Source: Tricharina praecox (lineage: Eukaryota). From it: a stretch of DNA of 64,000 bases. Below, piece after piece: positions 61,163 to 64,000 of the stretch; position 1 is the first letter of the stretch; every line of letters begins with the position of its first letter. Made by a program: the position numbers and the translations under genes. A model generated the notes under the pieces. That model was not told the DNA's origin. It ran no database searches and saw only the letters and a list, made by a program, of their open reading frames with translations. The stretch is taken from contig NW_026250424.1 in the NCBI RefSeq assembly GCF_024521635.1, positions 62,001-126,000 of the forward strand, read 5' to 3'.

Positions 61163-62414
61163 ATGCGTCTCGTATTCCTCTTCATCTCCCTGCCCGCCCT
61201 GGCACTCGCCCAGGTGACGGGCTCCGCACCCGGTTTCGCAACCGGTACTACCGGTGGAGGCAGTGCTACGCCGCAGTACCCCGCCAGCATCGCCGAGTAC
61301 GCCCTCCATCCATCTCGCATTTTCCAAAGGGCACGATTACTGACAATGGGTGAAACAGGCTCAAGTCCTGGCTCGCGGACTCGACCGCCCGTGTGATCAT
61401 GCTGAACAAGGAGTACAACTTCCTGACGTCGGCGGGCACGACCACCGCGACCGGTTGCCGTCCCAGCTCCAACACCTGCCCCAACGCGGGCGGGCAGGAC
61501 GCCATCAACGGCGCCAACTGGTGCACCAGCGGCGGCTATCCGAGTGTCTCGGTCACCTACGACACCGCGGCCCTGACCCCGCTCGTCGTCAACAGCAACA
61601 AGTCGCTCGTCGGCGTCGGCAGCGCCGGTGTCATCCGCGGTATCGGTCTCAGGATGGCAAACGGCGTCCAGAACGTCATCGTCCAGAACGTTCACATCAC
61701 CCAGCTCAACCCGCAGTACATCTGGGGTGGTGATGCGATCACCCTCGTCGGCACTGACAAGATCTGGATCGACCACTGCAAGGTAACCACCCCCGCTCCT
61801 CCTCCCCCGCTGTCCTAGCTAACAAGAAAACATAGTTCTCCCTCATCGGTCGCCAGATGATTGTCACCGGCTACGACGCGGCCAAGCGCGTCTCGATCAC
61901 CAACAACGAGTTCGACGGGCAGACCTCGTGGTCCGCCACCTGCAACGGCCAGCACTACTGGACCCTCCTCTTCCTCGGCGCCGCGGACAAGATCACGATG
62001 GCCGGCAACTACCTGCACCACGTCTCCGGACGCGCGCCCAAGGTCGGCGGCAGCGGCGACATCACCTTGCACGCGGTCAACAACTACTTCTACAACATTG
62101 GCGGGCACTCGTTCGACGTGTCTACCGGCGGCAACGTGCTGATGGAGGGTAACGTGTTCGAGTCCGTCACGACTCCCATCACCACCGCTAGCAAGACCGG
62201 TGGTGGAACTATCTACAACGCTGGAGGATCCACCTGCTCCACTTACATCGGTCGCTCTTGCCAGGCGAACTCCGTCTCCAGCTCTGGTACCTTCGATGGT
62301 TATGGAAGCACCTCCGCCATGGCCGGCTTCTCCGGCTACACCGTACACCCTGCTGTGGCCGCTAGCGGTGTCAAGGCCAGTGTTGTCTCCAACGCCGGTA
62401 TTGGAAAGATCTAA
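61163..62414 (+). CDS. Secreted pectin lyase (polysaccharide lyase family 1); 3 exons
   Basis: Signal peptide MRLVFLFISLPALALA, GFATGTTGGG, SNKSLVG, WGGDAITL, IWIDH, SGRAPK. TATATAA at ~60980. Confidence 0.93.
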
Positions 62415-62984
62415 GCGATCGTGGCTTCGAGTGGAGGAAAAAGGGGGGGCGGGGGTGATGGTGAGGGGGGGAGGTGTAAGCGAGAGAGTTGTGCAGTGGT
62501 TGTATGTATCTAGTTGAAGGAGGTGGAGGAATAGGAGTTGAAGGCGGAGGCGGAGGAGGGGAATAGCCCACTGAGTGGGCATAATCCATTATCCATCTAT
62601 ATTCGCGCACTTATCGCACTTATCGCACTTATCGCTTGCAAGTTGCAAATTGTAATCTCTACCTCTACCGAGGGACAAAAAAACCTTACCATACCCGCGG
62701 GCCCGATCTTCCGGTCATTCGCAGATATAGCATATAGTGTACTGTATATATGCAGAATCTCAATCTGTGCCATGGTGCGATAGTGAACAGTGCACACCGC
62801 ATCGTCGAAGAAAGGTACAAGAGGTCCAGGATCGGGGAAACGGAAAGTGTACATACTTTTGCATACCCCGCCGCGGACCCGCGGCCGAGTACCGAGTACC
62901 GGATGATGATGCAGCCTTTATCATATCTTCTCACCCGGGGTATCCATCTTTTTTTTGAGTTTTTGCTTTACGGCTCATGCGAAG

Positions 62985-63480
62985 TTGGTCGCTGACACGA
63001 GCTATTCACCTTCATCGCGGCAATAGAGAGGATATCCCTCCCTCACCCCCAGGTTGGGATATTTCATTATGGCATCATCTTGATGGGTCGAATACTTTAT
63101 GGTGCGACAACAGAGGACGAAAACGTAGGCAGTGAACAGTATAGTCATACCACCCGACTCTTATGTGCTGAGCCAAATGGGACGGACGGCTACCCACTAT
63201 ACGGTGCATACTTAGGTAACATGAGAACTTGAGTCAGTAAGTATATTAGTTGGTCGCCGACAGCCTGGCACGAGCCATTCATCCCGGGTTGGGATACCGT
63301 AAATATTCCATTTTTTTGATTCTGGATGGGTCGAATCGAATGCTTTATGGTGCAACGAGTCACGACAAAAGACAATAGACGAATACGAAAACGCAGTGGA
63401 CAGTGTCGTATAGTCCTATGTACGAGCTGCACAGGCGAACGACTACCTACGGTGCATAGTTAATATGAGGAATTGAGTGG
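62985..63480. repeat. Diverged tandem duplication, ~250-bp unit
   Basis: Collinear shared blocks TTGGTCGC, GGTTGGGATA, GATGGGTCGAAT, CTTTATGGTGC, ACGAAAACG, TATAGTC and TACGGTGCATA occur twice. Confidence 0.75.
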
Positions 63481-64000
63481 ATATGAAGCCTCCGCAGCTC
63501 CAAGGCGAAACCCGCAGAACACGTACTTTCGCAACAGCGCGATTGAGGCACAACGAGTGATACACGAGTATACCTACTATATTCAACATCCATGAGTCCA
63601 AGCATTCCGCACCTCGATTCCTCTTCCCCTGTCTCGCCCATCATGCCCGTCAATTCAATTCGTAAACATACATCACACATACGTTAAATACACCCCCCCT
63701 CCCCCCGCCCCCTCAGCTGACTACATCCCAACATCTCAAGCCCGCACCCGCACGCAATCCAGTCCAACGCCCGCACAATCACAATCACAATCACCATTTC
63801 CTCAACCCAGTTACCAACCAGTTACCAACCATCCAAGCAATCAACCATCCATCTATCCAAAAAAGTAGGAAAATTATGTATGGCTGAAGCCGCCAATCCT
63901 AGTCAAAAAAGGAAATGGAAAGGAAGAGCAAATCGCACGCAATCCTTGCGCCATAGTATCACCCTCGAACCGTAGAGATGAATAAAACCCTCCCCCCACC

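Overview
Eukaryotic DNA from a filamentous ascomycete, judged from short GT-AG introns with CTRAY-like branch sites and fungal gene families. It holds about nine protein genes: a Pfa4-like DHHC palmitoyltransferase, class I myosin, a SET-domain protein, a GAF hybrid histidine kinase, a CYP505 P450-reductase fusion, two hypothetical genes, a CYP52-clan P450 and a PL1 pectin lyase. The non-genic DNA is highly structured. There are four TA-flanked MITEs and a nested Ty3/gypsy island at 47.4-56.8 kb. The island contains a near-intact self-priming chromovirus that lacks a TSD, an older decayed element, a 111-bp solo LTR and an inverted LTR fragment. The most unusual feature is three dispersed, diverged copies of a ~1.3-2.2 kb gene-like cassette: upstream block, putative 5'-UTR intron, decayed ORF with a Lys/Pro/Ala-rich basic N-terminus, and T-rich 3' end. 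It has no recognisable transposase. All alignments and counts were made by eye; no database searches were run.
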